Counted from the stretch's first letter, positions 1-14,050 are shown. The stretch is DNA of 64,000 nt from Octopus bimaculoides (GCF_001194135.2 NC_068992.1:50498477-50562476), one strand, 5' to 3'. A program made the numbers and translations. The notes: generated by a model from the sequence alone, not told the origin.

Positions 1-759
1 ACTTTTTACTACCGTGTTCAAATGCCGCGAAAAGAAACGATGAAATGCTTTTAACCTTTTTAACCAACAGACACATTCACCTGATCAGTTTCGAATTTCT
101 TTACAGCATCATCAGTTATTGATTACTTATCCTAATCAAAGGGACAACAGTAACTAATAATTATTTCTAATTCACTTACACTTCTCCTGTTTCAGATTAA
201 GTTAAAGTGTTTGTTGTTTGTTTAAAATGTACATTTTGAGTATATTTTCTTGTCAATTTATCATGATGATATTGTGATTTTATTAATTAATTAATTAATT
301 AATTAATGCACGAGGCTGACGCCATTTATTGCATGTCGAATAAACATGTCAACGCACTCTCTGTATCACAACGAAGTGTATACGTATGTTGATGACTCAA
401 TATTAATGTTATGACTAAGGTCATCACATACAAATTGGTTCCCGGCAGCGAGTTTCAACAGCGGCCTTCGCTATTTTCAAATGTAGGCAAATGAGCTGAT
501 GGAAAGGCATTGGAGCTAATGTAATTCAAGGCAATGTTATAATCAAATTAATGATGAAACCTATCAAACACTGAACTGAAATTTGGGAATTGCCAGCTCG
601 CTATTAAATAAATCATAATTCTATGACTGAATAAGATTTGAAGACTATACATACATACATACATACATACATACACGCACACATACATGCATACACATAC
701 ACCCATACACACACATACACACACACATATATAAGTATTTATATATATATATGTATAAG

Positions 760-831
<72 letters not shown>

Positions 832-1135
832 NNNNNNNNNNNNNNNNNNNNNNNNNNNNNNNNNNNNNNNNNNNNNNNNNNNNNNNNNNNNNNNNNNNNN
901 NNNNNNNNNNNNNNNNNNNNNNNNNNNNNNNNNNNNNNNNNNNNNNNNNNNNNNNNNNNNNNNNNNNNNNNNNNNNNNNNNNNNNNNNNNNNNNNNNNNN
1001 NNNNNNNNNNNNNNNNNNNNNNNNNNNNNNNNNNNNNNNNNNNNNNNNNNNNNNNNNNNNNNNNNNNNNNNNNNNNNNNNNNNNNNNNTATATATATATG
1101 CATATATATGTGTGTGTGAGTGCGTGCGCGTGTGT

Positions 1136-1143
1136 ATCTATCC

Positions 1144-1209
<66 letters not shown>
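1136..1209. repeat. (TATC)n microsatellite
   Basis: Direct reading. Similar tracts at 13921-13993 and 48885-48940. Confidence 0.95.
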
Positions 1210-1546
1210 GTTAACACACACAAACATACATACACACATATCTACATCTGTAACGTAGCTGTTCTTACATTAATGTCAATATGTAATGCTGAAAAGGGAG
1301 TGGTCACGTGGGAAGATGTAATGTTTAGAAAATACCTGATCCTAATGGTTAGCCTAAAACCCTTTTATTCGCACAGGGATAATGTCAAACGATTCTACAT
1401 CAGTATTGACACATTCATGCAGGTTACACTGAGTTGTCTCAATCATTTATACGAAACATATTTTCATAAATGCATTCACACAACAAAGAAGATAAAATTG
1501 TGTGTGATGATAACATCCAAACGTTTTAATGGTTGCAAATTACCAA

Positions 1547-1680
1547 AAGGCAACGAATTGGTTGAAGTGTTCACTCGTCAAGCAGAATGTTTCACAGTTT
1601 GATCTCCGAATTCCAGCTGCGTTCAAATTCCGCTGAGTTTAATTTTGTTGTTTATCATCTCGGTGCCGGTAAATTTGTCT
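1547..1680 (+). mobile_element. Degenerate copy of tRNA-derived SINE family A
   Basis: Head aaaggcaacgaattgg resembles aaggcggcgagctgg of the better copies. B-box-like gcgttcaaattccgctgag at about 1619. Confidence 0.55.
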
Positions 1681-2014
1681 ACCTAAACAGTGGATTGTTG
1701 AAAATATAAGAACATCGGAATGGATATCTAGCGTTGAAAGTTTTGGATCTTTACAAAGTGACTTCAGAGTTTCCCATAGCCTACAGAAGTGATAGATTTA
1801 AAGCGCCGATCGTTCGAGTAAGTTCGTCTGGCAGTGTGATATTCTTTAGTTAAGTCCATTCCCTTGCAGGCACCCGAATTGTTTTTTTTAGGTTTGAGGG
1901 TAACGTACTTCTACTCTTCTCCGAGGGTTTGTAACTAGTCATAAGTAATGTCTTCCCGCCTGACTAAAGGGTACATAGAAACTAACATGCATAAAATGTC
2001 GGTGATGTATTCGA

Positions 2015-2187
2015 GGTAAGTCGATTGCGTCGATCCCAATGCTCAACTGGTGCTTAATTTATCGACCCCAAAAGAATGAAAACCAACGTCAACCTGAGTG
2101 GAATTTGAATTCAGATGGTAAAGACAGACGAAATGTCCCTAAGCATTCTGCGCGGCACACTAACGATCCTGCCAGCCAGCCGCCTTT
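2015..2187 (-). mobile_element. SINE family A copy
   Basis: Reverse complement reads aaaggcggctggctggcaggatcgttag...tcgtctgtctttacc...ttcaaattccactcaggttgac...ggggtcgataaattaagcaccagttgagcattgggatcga, collinear with the copies at 41007 and 46081. Confidence 0.9.
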
Positions 2188-2524
2188 ATATCATTGATAT
2201 ATAAAAAAAAAAACTGTGTATTAAACAGACCCATATAATCAATTTCCATTATTTTGAGGCGAAAGAACTGATGTTGTTGATGGAGAAATATCTGAGATGC
2301 GTATACTCGTTTATCAGACTGTCATTCTACAGTTTTAGGCATTATCCTATTTATCATAATTTAACTCTTCAAATGATATCTTCAGCCAAGTGAACTTAAT
2401 GAAATGAAATCTCTTCATATTATTGCGGTTAATGAAGGTGATAATTTTAATCACCAAAGCAGACAGCTGCGAATTTAACAAAGCAACTGAGCGACATGGT
2501 AAGAAAAATTCAGAGACGTCATGC

Positions 2525-2592
2525 CTGATGAGATTCGACTGGTTTTAATTTTGTTAATTAATTTCTAAAGGTCTGGAATCGAAACAGCTGTC
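2525..2592 (+). ncRNA. Type-I hammerhead ribozyme-like motif with extended stem II
   Basis: CTGATGA (2525-2531), GATTC...GAATC stem II, GAAA (2581-2584), palindromic ACAGCTGT stem III, GTC triplet. Stem I is imperfect. Confidence 0.6.
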
Positions 2593-2874
2593 AGAGATGT
2601 TGTTAAATTTTTTGATTAATAAATAATTATTCATTGATTATCACTCTATTTTCTTATCTTCTGTAAATATATATAAACCACGATTTATCTAGTTACTTTG
2701 CCATTGAATATTAATTGTAATGTTCAACACTTTTTGAATAGATAACTAACCAGTATCTTCATTGGATTTTATTAACCCTTAATGAGGTTTGTAATCTTTC
2801 TTTGAACCTATATATTAAATATATATAAGAATACACATCCACAGACACACACGCACACACATACACACACACAC

Positions 2875-3130
2875 ATTGGGTCATCCCATAAATAATGCGG
2901 TTTTTTCAATTGCATGAACTAAATGTCGAAGTGGGGTGGGATAAACTACTCGCATCAACTTGCCATAGAAGCAGGTAGTAATTTTACTTTGGGATTATTC
3001 TCAGTGCAAGTTTTGAAGAGTGCAGTTCGATTTTAACATTTCTTTTTTTTACAAAGCTATACTTATGTATAACAAAAATAAGAAAAAGAAATTCGTATCG
3101 GGGTACTGAAATCGGAAATATGATTTTTTT
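2875..3130 (+). mobile_element. Left end of a mariner-like DNA transposon (single TIR plus 5' region)
   Basis: attgggtcatcccataaataatgcggtttttt resembles mariner/MADE1-type TIRs (ATTAGGTTGG...TAATTGCGGTTTT). No matching right TIR seen in the window. Confidence 0.45.
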
Positions 3131-3311
3131 TTAATATGCATGGCATGCTTTCTAGACCTTACATCGAATAGCTTATTACAACTCTAGGTAATGTGAAATT
3201 TAGCTTAATACAACTTAGTCTGTCGAGCACACTGAGGAGGTTGACGCAAAAGTACATTCTCGTTATTTATACGAAATTCTATATATATATATATGTGTGT
3301 GTGATTGTGCC

Positions 3312-3372
<61 letters not shown>

Positions 3373-6135
3373 CAAATACAGACACACACACACGCACACA
3401 CACACATACATATATGTATGTATATATATATAATTCGCCTATGTATATCCGTGTGCATACCATTGTTTTTTTCCACATCTGTCCTGTAGCTAAAGCCAAC
3501 TAAATCCTACTTTGATTCTAATGGCACACCAAAAGATTAATTTCTTGATCAGCCAAGGTTTCGTGGCAGCAATGCTGTCCGAAGAAACAGCTTTGGTATT
3601 CATTTTCTTCTCCAGATTCTCCTTCCCTCTTCTCCCACTCCCCCTCTTCGATCTTGTCTATGTTATTGTTGTTGTTCGTCCTCTTCTTAGCCCCTACATC
3701 CTAAGTGTATTTTCGTAACTTTAATGGAAGCAAATATACCTACATACATACATACACACACATACACATACAACTTTTGATAAATTTTGTGATTAATTAT
3801 CAAAAGTCTGGACATTTTCGAAGATCTAGGAAAGTAATTTTAAGATAAAAGTTAAATACGCTCACTGACGGAGAACTCAAGTTATTTTGCTTCCAAAAGT
3901 AATTTCAGAATAGGTTCCCAAAGGAACATGTTCGGAAGAAATCCTTTACAATAATTTCAACGTTAAAAGAATTTTAATGTAAACAGGGATTTTCGTTTCA
4001 TGTAGATTTATAGACAAACAAAGATAGAGCGAAACAAATTATTGGTAAACATAATAATTGCATTCAAAAGTTGATTAGTTTATCTTGTAGCCCATTGTTT
4101 TCCTTTTTAATTTCTCTCCGTACGTCAGTGTAGTCTATCTATCTATCTATCTATCTANNNNNNNNNNNNNNNNNNNNNNNNNNNNNNNNNNNNNNNNNNN
4201 NNNNNNNNNNNNNNNNNNNNNNNNNNNNNNNNNNNNNNNNNNNNNNNNNNNNNNNNNNNNNNNNNNNNNNNNNNNNNNNNNNNNNNNNNNNNNNNNNNNN
4301 NNNNNNNNNNNNNNNNNNNNNNNNNNNNNNNNNNNNNNNNNNNNNNNNNNNNNNNNNNNNNNNNNNNNNNNNNNNNNNNNNNNNNNNNNNNNNNNNNNNN
4401 NNNNNNNNNNNNNNNNNNNNNNNNNNNNNNNNNNNNNNNNNNNNNNNNNNNNNNNNNNNNNNNNNNNNNNNNNNNNNNNNNNNNNNNNNNGTATTTATGT
4501 ATATACACACATACACACACATACAGATATATATGTAGATACATGTAGATATACATTCATATATAAGTGCTTGAACGTAAATATATGTATATAAATACGT
4601 ATCTATGTGTGTATACATAGTCGCAAGTACATGCTCGCGCGCGAACACACACACACAAATGCATAACAATACTATCATACGCTCATAAACACATACACAT
4701 GCACACATATACATATCACTCTATGTAGCCCCTCCCCTCCAGGTTCCTGTAAATCACGCATTTCCCATTCTCTTTTATTCTCATTATGTCACTAAATTAT
4801 CTTTCACTTGGTCAACAAAACTCTCACTTAAATTCCTGCAACCGCTTCCCTCTCCTCTTTTTCCTCCTCCTTCTCGTCCTTTTCTTCCCCCCATCTTCTT
4901 CTTTTCCTCATACTCCTCTGCTCCCTCTCTCCTCCTCCTCATCTTCCGTTCCCCTCCTCCTCCTTCTTCTCCTCTCCAACCCTTCTTTCTTTGACTGCCC
5001 TTTACCCATATTTTCTGCTTTAATTTCTCATTTATTGCAATGACATTCCTTTAAAAGTCTTCTCTTTTGGCAGTAAACTCTCTTATGTAGCTGAACATTT
5101 TAAATTTCAGTTTGATGTATTCCTCAGAGAAACGAAAACCTACAACATATCATTTGGTGGCACACTGCTTGACATTGTGCTAATTGTATATTTTAAGTGT
5201 CTCAATCATTTCTACAAGGCTTGCACTCTTTCACATCAAGTCCTTGTTTGAGAACCTTCAATTCTATTTTCTGTATTTTATCTATATTTCTTTCACGTTT
5301 TATCTATTTTCATTAGAGATGCATATCTGATATATTCTGGCTGTTCTTCATGCATTTCCTAAAGCTCAGAAATGCATCTAACTGAGATAGGCGGAGACAT
5401 ATATCATTTAATCGTATAATCTTGCTTCTATCCACTATGTTTTCCCATGAGGATTAGATTGTTCAACGTCTTTTAACATTTCCAATGCTTAGTAAGAATT
5501 CTTCAAACAAATTTGGCTCCAGATCTATGGTTTTGATTGTCTGTATGGCTATCCTGTTGTACTAGGTATTTCATCAAACTCAACAATTTACTTTAGTGTA
5601 TCTCTTTGTGCTCTCAGCTGTTTCTTTCTTTCGTTCTCTCTTTATCAAAGCAACAGTAATTCGCTCTGTGGGTAAAAAATGTGCGTCATCTAACATTGAA
5701 AGTTTTACACTGTAATCTTGCAAGTATTACAATATCTTCAAAATAAACAACTTTTTCATAGTAACTCGTGTAATTACTGTTAAAAAAACAACGACAAAAA
5801 TGAAAGACGCATCTACGCGGTTAATCAGCTTACGATCAATAAGAGCTAAATACCTTTAAAATAAAACCTACGTCATAAAAAAAAAAACAAGATTACATAG
5901 GACAACATAGGCCTATGTGCCTGAATAATATATGGCCCATATATTTGTGTAACATGCATCTGAAAAGTAAGGAGTGATCACAACTGTGACACCACTGGCA
6001 TGCTTGACTAAGCTTATTTATAGTTGATCAGAAGTGTATGGAGAGAATTAAAAGATGTTATTGTATGACACAGAGTAGGCACAAAATGAACAATAAATTT
6101 CTTATAAGGAGACAGAATAAATAATAAACATTACA

Positions 6136-6200
6136 GTCGCTGGCACGAAGCCATGAAATTTTAGGGGAGGGTACAGTTGATTCAATGAAACATAATATCG
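6136..6200 (-). mobile_element. 3' fragment of SINE family A
   Basis: Reverse complement aatcaactgtaccctcccctaaaatttcatggcttcgtgcc matches the tails of other copies (e.g. 24310-24350). Confidence 0.6.
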
Positions 6201-6868
6201 TATTTGAGCTTTACCCTATGAAGTAGAAAGCGATAAACTACAAATTAAAAGCTAATTAAACCGAGGATAAAGGTTTAGATAAGGACACATATACGAGAAA
6301 AATATCAAAACAATTAAAGATCTGATCAATAACGTGAAAGAAAATATTCAAAAGATAATAATGAAAAGATGGACAGAAATAAACGAAACAAAACTTTATA
6401 GTCGGAAAACCACAAGAAACTTCAAAGGAGAGGGAGCAAATAAGAAAGATAGATATGATTGAAACTTTAGACTAAGGGCAAAATAAAATGTCAGCTCTAC
6501 AGTATCTGGACTAATAAATAGTCTCCTAAAATACTAAAATATAATGATGAATAAAACAATAAATAAATGAACGTAAATTGTAGACAGCATAATCAGTAGA
6601 AATAACTGTCGTAAATTTTAAATCTCATTTGATTTCTTATACCTAGACTCACCTATAAACAACACTGAGTCGGATCTAAAGCTTAAATTGGATTTTGTAC
6701 TTACATATATACATATCTACAGTATCATCCCCACACAGGATACAATCATGGTTATTTTGCTTGCGTTATTGTAACTAGCCATTTCTGGCATCCTACGTGT
6801 TTATACGCCTAGATTCTAATGGATCCAACAACTACTCTCTCTCAATCACTCTCTCCCTTTTTCTTCCC

Positions 6869-6950
<82 letters not shown>

Positions 6951-8430
6951 NNNNNNNNNNNNNNNNNNNNNNNNNNNNNNNNNNNNNNNNNNNNNNNNNN
7001 NNNNNNNNNNNNNNNNNNNNNNNNNNNNNNNNNNNNNNNNNNNNNNNNNNNNNNNNNNNNNNNNNNNNNNNNNNNNNNNNNNNNNNNNNNNNNNNNNNNN
7101 NNNNNNNNNNNNNNNNNNNNNNNNNNNNNNNNNNNNNNNNNNNNNNNNNNNNNNNNNNNNNNNNNNNNNNNNNNNNNNNNNNNNNNNNNNNNNNNNNNNN
7201 NNNNNNNNNNNNNNNNNNNNNNNNNNNNNNNNNNNNNNNNNNNNNNNNNNNNNNNNNNNNNNNNNNNNNNNNNNNNNNNNNNNNNNNNNNNNNNNNNNNN
7301 NNNNNNNNNNNNNNNNNNNNNNNNNNNNNNNNNNNNNNNNNNNNNNNNNNNNNNNNNNNNNNNNNNNNNNNNNNNNNNNNNNNNNNNNNNNNNNNNNNNN
7401 NNNNNNNNNNNNNNNNNNNNNNNNNNNNNNNNNNNNNNNNNNNNNNNNNNNNNNNNNNNNNNNNNNNNNNNNNNNNNNNNNNNNNNNNNNNNNNNNNNNN
7501 NNNNNNNNNNNNNNNNNNNNNNNNNNNNNNNNNNNNNNATATATATATATATATATATAAGTTGATAGCTCATGCTTGTATGCATACATATTGTAAAAGG
7601 TAATTTCCTATACAGAGACAGACAGCTTAAAGCTTTTGACAGAGCGGAAATGAGATTTTGTAAGTATCAGTAAAATACCTCCTACACTTGGAAATCGAAG
7701 CTTAGCCACAGACTTGGCATCCGAAGTTCTCATGCTAAATGTACAGTGTTCTCGACAGTTGATTCATATAATTAAGCTTATTGCACACTTTAATTGAAAA
7801 AAGGATAATTAAAATACACTGTAGCATTCAAATAGCGCGGAGTTCAGCGTGTGAATGTTTCGATCGACTGTCATATGAATAAAATAGTAAGAGTGGCTGA
7901 TGTCATGCGCACAGCTAATCACGAGTTATAAGATTCTTATCAAAAATGAATAACGTTTGAGAGTACTGGAGAATAGCTTTTATCACGGAAAAACCAAGAA
8001 ATATTCAGAGACAATTCCTTGTGAAGCAGTAATGTTTACAATTTGGAAGTGTTTTTACTAATACATTTTTATTAAATCATGACAACAACTGACTTGGTAT
8101 TCAATTATATTTTTCATCAAATAATTTTTGTTTCTAAATTAGATTGATAATAAATTAAATAGTATGTAATTAAATATAGTTAGTATCTGAAATAAAATAA
8201 AATAATATGATTCACAAATGAGGCATATGACCATAATGTTTAGTGGAGTGCACTAAACGGAGAGTGCATTCTACTTGAGTTATTGAAATAGTTATCTGAT
8301 ACTCTGCTCTATCATCCCTGGCAGAATGCGTGGACAATTTAACATCCATGGGATGGGAATTGAACATAGAAAGTAATTTCACTCAAAACCAAGGGGAACT
8401 TGGTTCATATTTTACTGAATCTACCGTTCA

Positions 8431-8851
8431 TTGCCATTCAAACAAGGGACTGTCAATGCTGAAATCTACAAGCAGATTTTTACACGACATAGCCTTCCAC
8501 ATCTCCGATACTCGTCAGTTCAACCACCTATATTCGTACAGAACAACGCTGCCTGTCACACTGCGGAGGGAGATTTTTTGAGTGACGAAGGTGTTGATAT
8601 CATGGACTGGCCACCTCAAAGTCCCGATCTCAACACTATAGAAAACGTTAGGAAGTTTACTAGAAATGGAGCGCGAAGGAGAAATTCAAAGAACCAAGAT
8701 GAACTCTGGGAATTATTGAAAAACGTTTTGAAAAAAAGTAATTCAGTCCTGTGGTAACAGATATCAAGTGATTAGGAATGTTTCTTTGTCGTTCTTCTTC
8801 CCTTTTTCAAATGCTTTTTTTAAGTGACCCTGAACTTTTGACCGTTGCAGT
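8431..8851 (+). mobile_element. Decayed Tc1-family transposase C-terminal catalytic region
   Basis: ORF 8431-8757 contains GTVNAEIY..., IFVQNNAACHTA (QDN catalytic D changed to N) and MDWPPQSPDLNTIEN, the Tc1 DD34E signature. A possible right-TIR remnant aacttttgaccgttgcagt lies at about 8833-8851. Confidence 0.85.
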
Positions 8852-8895
8852 TTGGAAGATTATTTGTTTATTTCCTCATAACTTACGAAACATTT

Positions 8896-8970
8896 TTTCC
8901 ATTCACTTGGAATGTTTCCATTCACTTGAAATGTTTCCATTCACTTGAAATTTTTCCATTCACTTGAAAT
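8896..8970. repeat. 19-bp minisatellite, about 4 copies
   Basis: Unit tttccattcacttgaaatg at 8896, 8915, 8934 and 8953, head to tail with no spacers. Confidence 0.92.
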
Positions 8971-11134
8971 AGCCCCAGCCATAAATGTAACCGAAATCAG
9001 TGAAAATGCTTTGTATTAAAATACAAGTATTTTTACAATATAATAATATTATTTTCCAGTGAAATAAAGTACCGTAAAGGTAGAATTATAAATAGAATTA
9101 TCAATAGGAAATAGTTGCACAATAAAGGTATATATGTATATTTGTGTGTGTATACCTGTATGCATGTTGGAATGCATTTGCAATACATATGTACATGTGC
9201 ATTCGCACATATGCATACATAGATACACATACACATATATACAACGAGTCCCAAGCTGAAACATCCACTATATTCAATTCACAAATCATCGGTCGTCATG
9301 TGATTAAGTCTGTGTTACTGACCGATGAGATCAAGATGAAGACTCAAAAACCTGTGATTGCAAAACTAATGTCTTAACAACACAACTACAAAAGTACTCG
9401 AAATATTTATATAATGACTTCAATGATTCCCAGTAACTGTCAGCATCTCTCACACATAGTAATTGAGATTGAAATGGTTTCAGAGTCATAATTTAGTATA
9501 AGGAATGACAGCTATAGCAAACCAAGAAATTACACACAAAGAATACGCTGAGTTTATAAACAAATATCAATTTGCATTCTCAGTTATAATCGGAAGCAAG
9601 TAGAGAATTCAAGTGGCGAATTACCATTTACAATATTCCTCGATCATCTCCCGTTCTTGTTTCTAATATTTTTGCTGGTGTCATTTTTGTTGCTCGGCCT
9701 CAGGATCATACTTATTGAGCAAACTTACGATCAATAGTAATCTATTCAGAAGGATATGATATTTTGCCCCAGCATGGCACAGTATAATGACTGAAACATG
9801 TAAAAGATAAAAGATAAAAGATATGTTCTCCAATGTTTCTTTCCTTCTCTTAAGAGAGTCAATAATATATGGAGTAAAATATTTGGCCGCAATTTTAGTG
9901 TATTTTAGTACTGCAAAATGATATGTCCGGTGTTGTCAGTTCTCCGAGGAATGTATCGAACTGAAAATTGAAACAAATGAGAAATATAAAGCAGAAAATA
10001 CAGGAAAGATATGAGAGCTGCAATGATGAGAGACGGAGAAGGCGAAGGAGAGATGCTGCAATGCAATTGAGAAAGTGGGAAATTGAGATGAGAAGGAGAC
10101 AAAAGGTGAAGATAAATCTAAAAATCATATCAGAGATTACATTATACAAATATTTTCAGTTGTTGTCAATGAGTGCAGTGCGAGTTGAAGGAAGTTAGCT
10201 GTGATATCTTGCCGGACTAGTGACTAGGCAGACACTTCACCGGTGGATAATTTTAGTGTTTCATATTTTGCTTCATACAAGACTTTTTGGTACAATGTCA
10301 AAACAAGAAGTTATAACAAACCATATACAACGATACTAAATAAAATGTTTATTAGGTTTTCTACGTTTTTCGCGAACACACACATATACATACTTGCACA
10401 CAAATATTCATACATACACACACACACATACATGCATACACACACATACATATATACATATATACACACATGTATTTACAAATGCCTACACATACTTATA
10501 CATACACATCTATGTATGTATGTACGTACGTATCTATCTGTCTGTCCTCTCTGTCTGTTTAACTAGCTAGCTAGCTAGCTAGCTTTTTATCTGTCCATCT
10601 TTCCTCTATAAATATATGTATGCATATCCATAGATACTACACAAATACACATACATACGCATGCGAATATACATACAAAAACAGTGAGATTGAGAGTGAG
10701 AGTAAGATCTAGAAACAGTTACATGTGTGTGTTCGCTTTTCAATGGTAAAAGAAATTAACGAAAATTAACGATATAGAGTTTATAAAGCAACAAAAAATA
10801 AGAATGTCATAAAATATTTAAATATAATCAAATATAAGGAAATATACGCATGTTGTATATGTTTCTGAATATCTTTCTTAAGAAAGACCTTTGTATATCT
10901 CTATTTGGAAAAATATGCCTTCTGGCTACACATTTTGTTAAAAGTCAAAACGCCAAGACTGGTGTAGTTTTTGCGATTTGAAATTTCTCGTATATTTTAT
11001 GAAAGGCATTCTACGAAGCATGTTCCTGTTGTTCCCAAAAGACTACTGTGACTGATAAATACCTTTGGCTAGATTTCTATTTTTTGTATTAAATCAAAGA
11101 GAACTGAATCACCAATAGCCTTTCCTCTTGAAGA

Positions 11135-11175
<41 letters not shown>

Positions 11176-11380
11176 TATATATATACATACATATATATAT
11201 ATGTATACATATATATAAGTATATGTATACATACATACATACATATATATACATATATATATACATATATTATATATANNNNNNNNNNNNNNNNNNNNNN
11301 NNNNNNNNNNNNNNNNNNNNNNNNNNNNNNNNNNNNNNNNNNNNNNNNNNNNNNNNNNNNNNNNNNNNNNNNNNNNNNNN

Positions 11381-11430
<50 letters not shown>

Positions 11431-11728
11431 CACACACACACATATATAGAGATACATATATAATTATAATTATATACATACATATAGATACCTATTTATA
11501 TGAGTACGTGTTTTTATATATGAATATATATCTACATATAATTGTATTATGTATATATAGAGGGAAATTTAAACTAGTGCACTTTGAAAAATTTAATGCG
11601 CTCAAATAACCACATTTTTGTTTGTTTCAGGACTACTCACAGTATCCAATAATATCAGAAACTTAAGAGAAATTGTTTACAATCTTGGCTTGAGTGCTTA
11701 CATCAATAATAAAGTAGATATGTCTCAC

Positions 11729-12204
11729 CGATCAGATCCTGGGCCCCTGGATCCTCAGGACTTTCCTCTCCAGTGGGCACGATGTCATCATTCTCCTTTT
11801 CTGTTCCTTTGTACTACCACATCCAGAATAATATTGGCCACTGAGGTCTCAAATAAAATATCAATGAACAATAAAAATTTATAAAATAAGATAATGTATA
11901 AAAGTAAGTACTCGTACATCGACTACGCGTGTTTCATGGCTGAATTAAGAAAACCACATCTAAGTTCATTAGAACGGAAAAATGATTTTAATCCCAAAAT
12001 CAGTCACTCCTCAGGTCAAATTCCTAAAAAAACCCTAAAACCTAAAAGTTTAACTTACCTCCTAATATGATAAGCAAGGCAAGAATGTTTCTCTATATTT
12101 TTAGATATTTCATCTTGTGCACGGTTCATTAATAATGAATAATTATCAATTATATTTGGAACATAATATCCTTGCACTGTCAAATCTTCAGAGTTTGAAG
12201 AATT
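11729..12204 (-). CDS. Candidate two-exon coding fragment, product unknown
   Basis: Exon A 12204-12059 is open for 48 codons (NSSNSEDLTVQGYYVPNII...LAYHIR) and ends at AG|GTAAGT in phase 2. A 218-nt intron has a long T-rich tract and CAG. Exon B starts at 11840 and is open only in the phase-2-compatible frame (GQYYSGCGSTKEQKRRMMTSCPLERKVLRIQGPRI*). No homology recognised, and competing + strand splice signals exist. Confidence 0.3.
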
Positions 12205-12731
12205 CTAATTATCAATATTTAGTGTTCATACTTGATTGATTAGAATAACGTGGTATCGATTATAGTAACAACTGTATTAAATTAGGTTAAGGAATTACCT
12301 TGTATAGTTACTGGCAAGAAGAATATTATAACAAAAATCTCAAAAGAATATTTATGTTTACACTGTCCTGCTGTCTGCAGGAGATTCTCCCGTTTACATA
12401 TCTCTCATATAGCTAATAATCAGAACTACATTGACAAAGTAAGCACTTATTTACATTATTTATATTATTTTAAAGTATGCACATATTTTTTTATTAAAAA
12501 ATATTCAAAAGTTACTCTTTTAATGACATATAATAAATAAGTTGACGGCAAAATATCACAAATAAAACATATTTGAATCAATATAAAAAATTAAATTATC
12601 AATAATTTTATCGTAATGATTATCATTATATACATTTTTATATTTATTTCTTGCCAGAAAGGATTATTAATCAAAATATTCATTCTGTGACCAAAATAAA
12701 CAAACTTTGATTATTATTGCCATCAGCCAAA

Positions 12732-13206
12732 CTAGAAGGTAGACGATCCTTCAGCTGAAAGCCAACAGAAGTGTTATACTGCTATTTCTATAGTATAATT
12801 TTTGAAAGAAACAAAATGCCAATATCAGGATATAAAATAAAAACAACATTTTTTTCTATTATTTAGACATTTTTACCGGCAGCTGAAAAGGGAGATGATG
12901 AGATTTTATAATTTTAAATGAATGAGAAACGAAATGAAAATAGCGAGTCAAAAACAATTACAGAAAGCAATTGGGCAAAACTCTGATTTAAATATTAACA
13001 ACTGTAATTTAATGGGATTCTATTCATTGATTTCTTTTTTTAAAGTATTTGAATACATTGCTTTTATTTTCTGCATTTTTTATTTTGTTATATTTTTGTT
13101 TTCCTTCTGACGAAATAGGGAAGGGCTTCTCACTTCACACTTAGTTTCATTATATTTTAGCTTAAATATCACCATCTTCTTTGCTGAAGTATCTTCTACC
13201 TTCTAG
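12732..13206. repeat. 24-bp inverted repeat pair, candidate MITE
   Basis: ctagaaggtagacgatccttcagc (12732-12755) versus the reverse complement of 13183-13206 (ctagaaggtagaagatacttcagc): 22/24 identical, with an AT-rich interior. Confidence 0.5.
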
Positions 13207-13918
13207 GTTTACGGATAAAACTCCTTAAATGTATAAATGCATGATGAGCTATCGATAGATTTTTCCCTCTCTTATTGTTTCAAAATTCACCACCAATTTC
13301 CTTTTATATTATATCATCATAATAAACAGAAGCTTAAAGAATGTCATTTTATGAATGCATTCGTACTTCTATTCTTAAAATTCCAGCAATAAAGAAAAAT
13401 GCAATAAATTTCCTTTGTGAAATTCTTAGACAACAATAATAGTTTTGGTTGATTTTGTTTTTTTGTTTATTCTTTAGCCCCAGATAGGTCTTGATCAAAC
13501 CTCGATTTGTCTTACATTTTTCTATCGGTTCAAGCACCGATATATAGACACCATCATTGGCTTTACATCAACAGTGTTTTCAAATGCTGAAAATAAAAAA
13601 TAAAATGTCTTGGATATTAAGATGTGACTGAGGCAGAAAGAAATTCTTGCCATCAATACTGTCGCTGAAGGAGTGAGTGCTTGCCACTTACATTAAAGTC
13701 TGGTGAAATAACTTGCGGGCAGTCTACATTTGTTCATGGCAAGTAATTCGACTTTTTCAGTTCATGTATATTTCGAAGTATCTGATGTAATCTTGTGCAG
13801 AAAAGATGAGATAGAAAGAACGACATCAACCATTGATCCAAATATTTCGACTTTGCACGCAGTTTTTATGCGTTCAACTAAATTCGAAAACTATATCGGC
13901 AGAAAATATTGTGATCAC

Positions 13919-13994
<76 letters not shown>

Positions 13995-14014
13995 GTATAT
14001 ATATNNNNNNNNNN

Positions 14015-14050
14015 ATTTGACGTTTCGAGCTACGCTCTTCAACAGAAAGA
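14015..14050 (-). ncRNA. Decayed minimal hammerhead-like motif
   Basis: Minus strand reads ttt CTGTTGA A GAGC gta GCTC GAAA CG TC aaa. A6 is changed to T, stem I has 3 bp, and the motif is cut off by a gap. Confidence 0.45.

Noticed and set aside
8896-8970. Possible CRISPR-like array
   Set aside because: The repeats are contiguous with no spacers, the context is eukaryotic, and no cas genes are present. The same applies to the two-copy repeat at 54204-54310.
9895-10200. Purine-rich ORF with an RRRRRRR run
   Set aside because: Low-complexity GA-rich DNA with no supporting signals.
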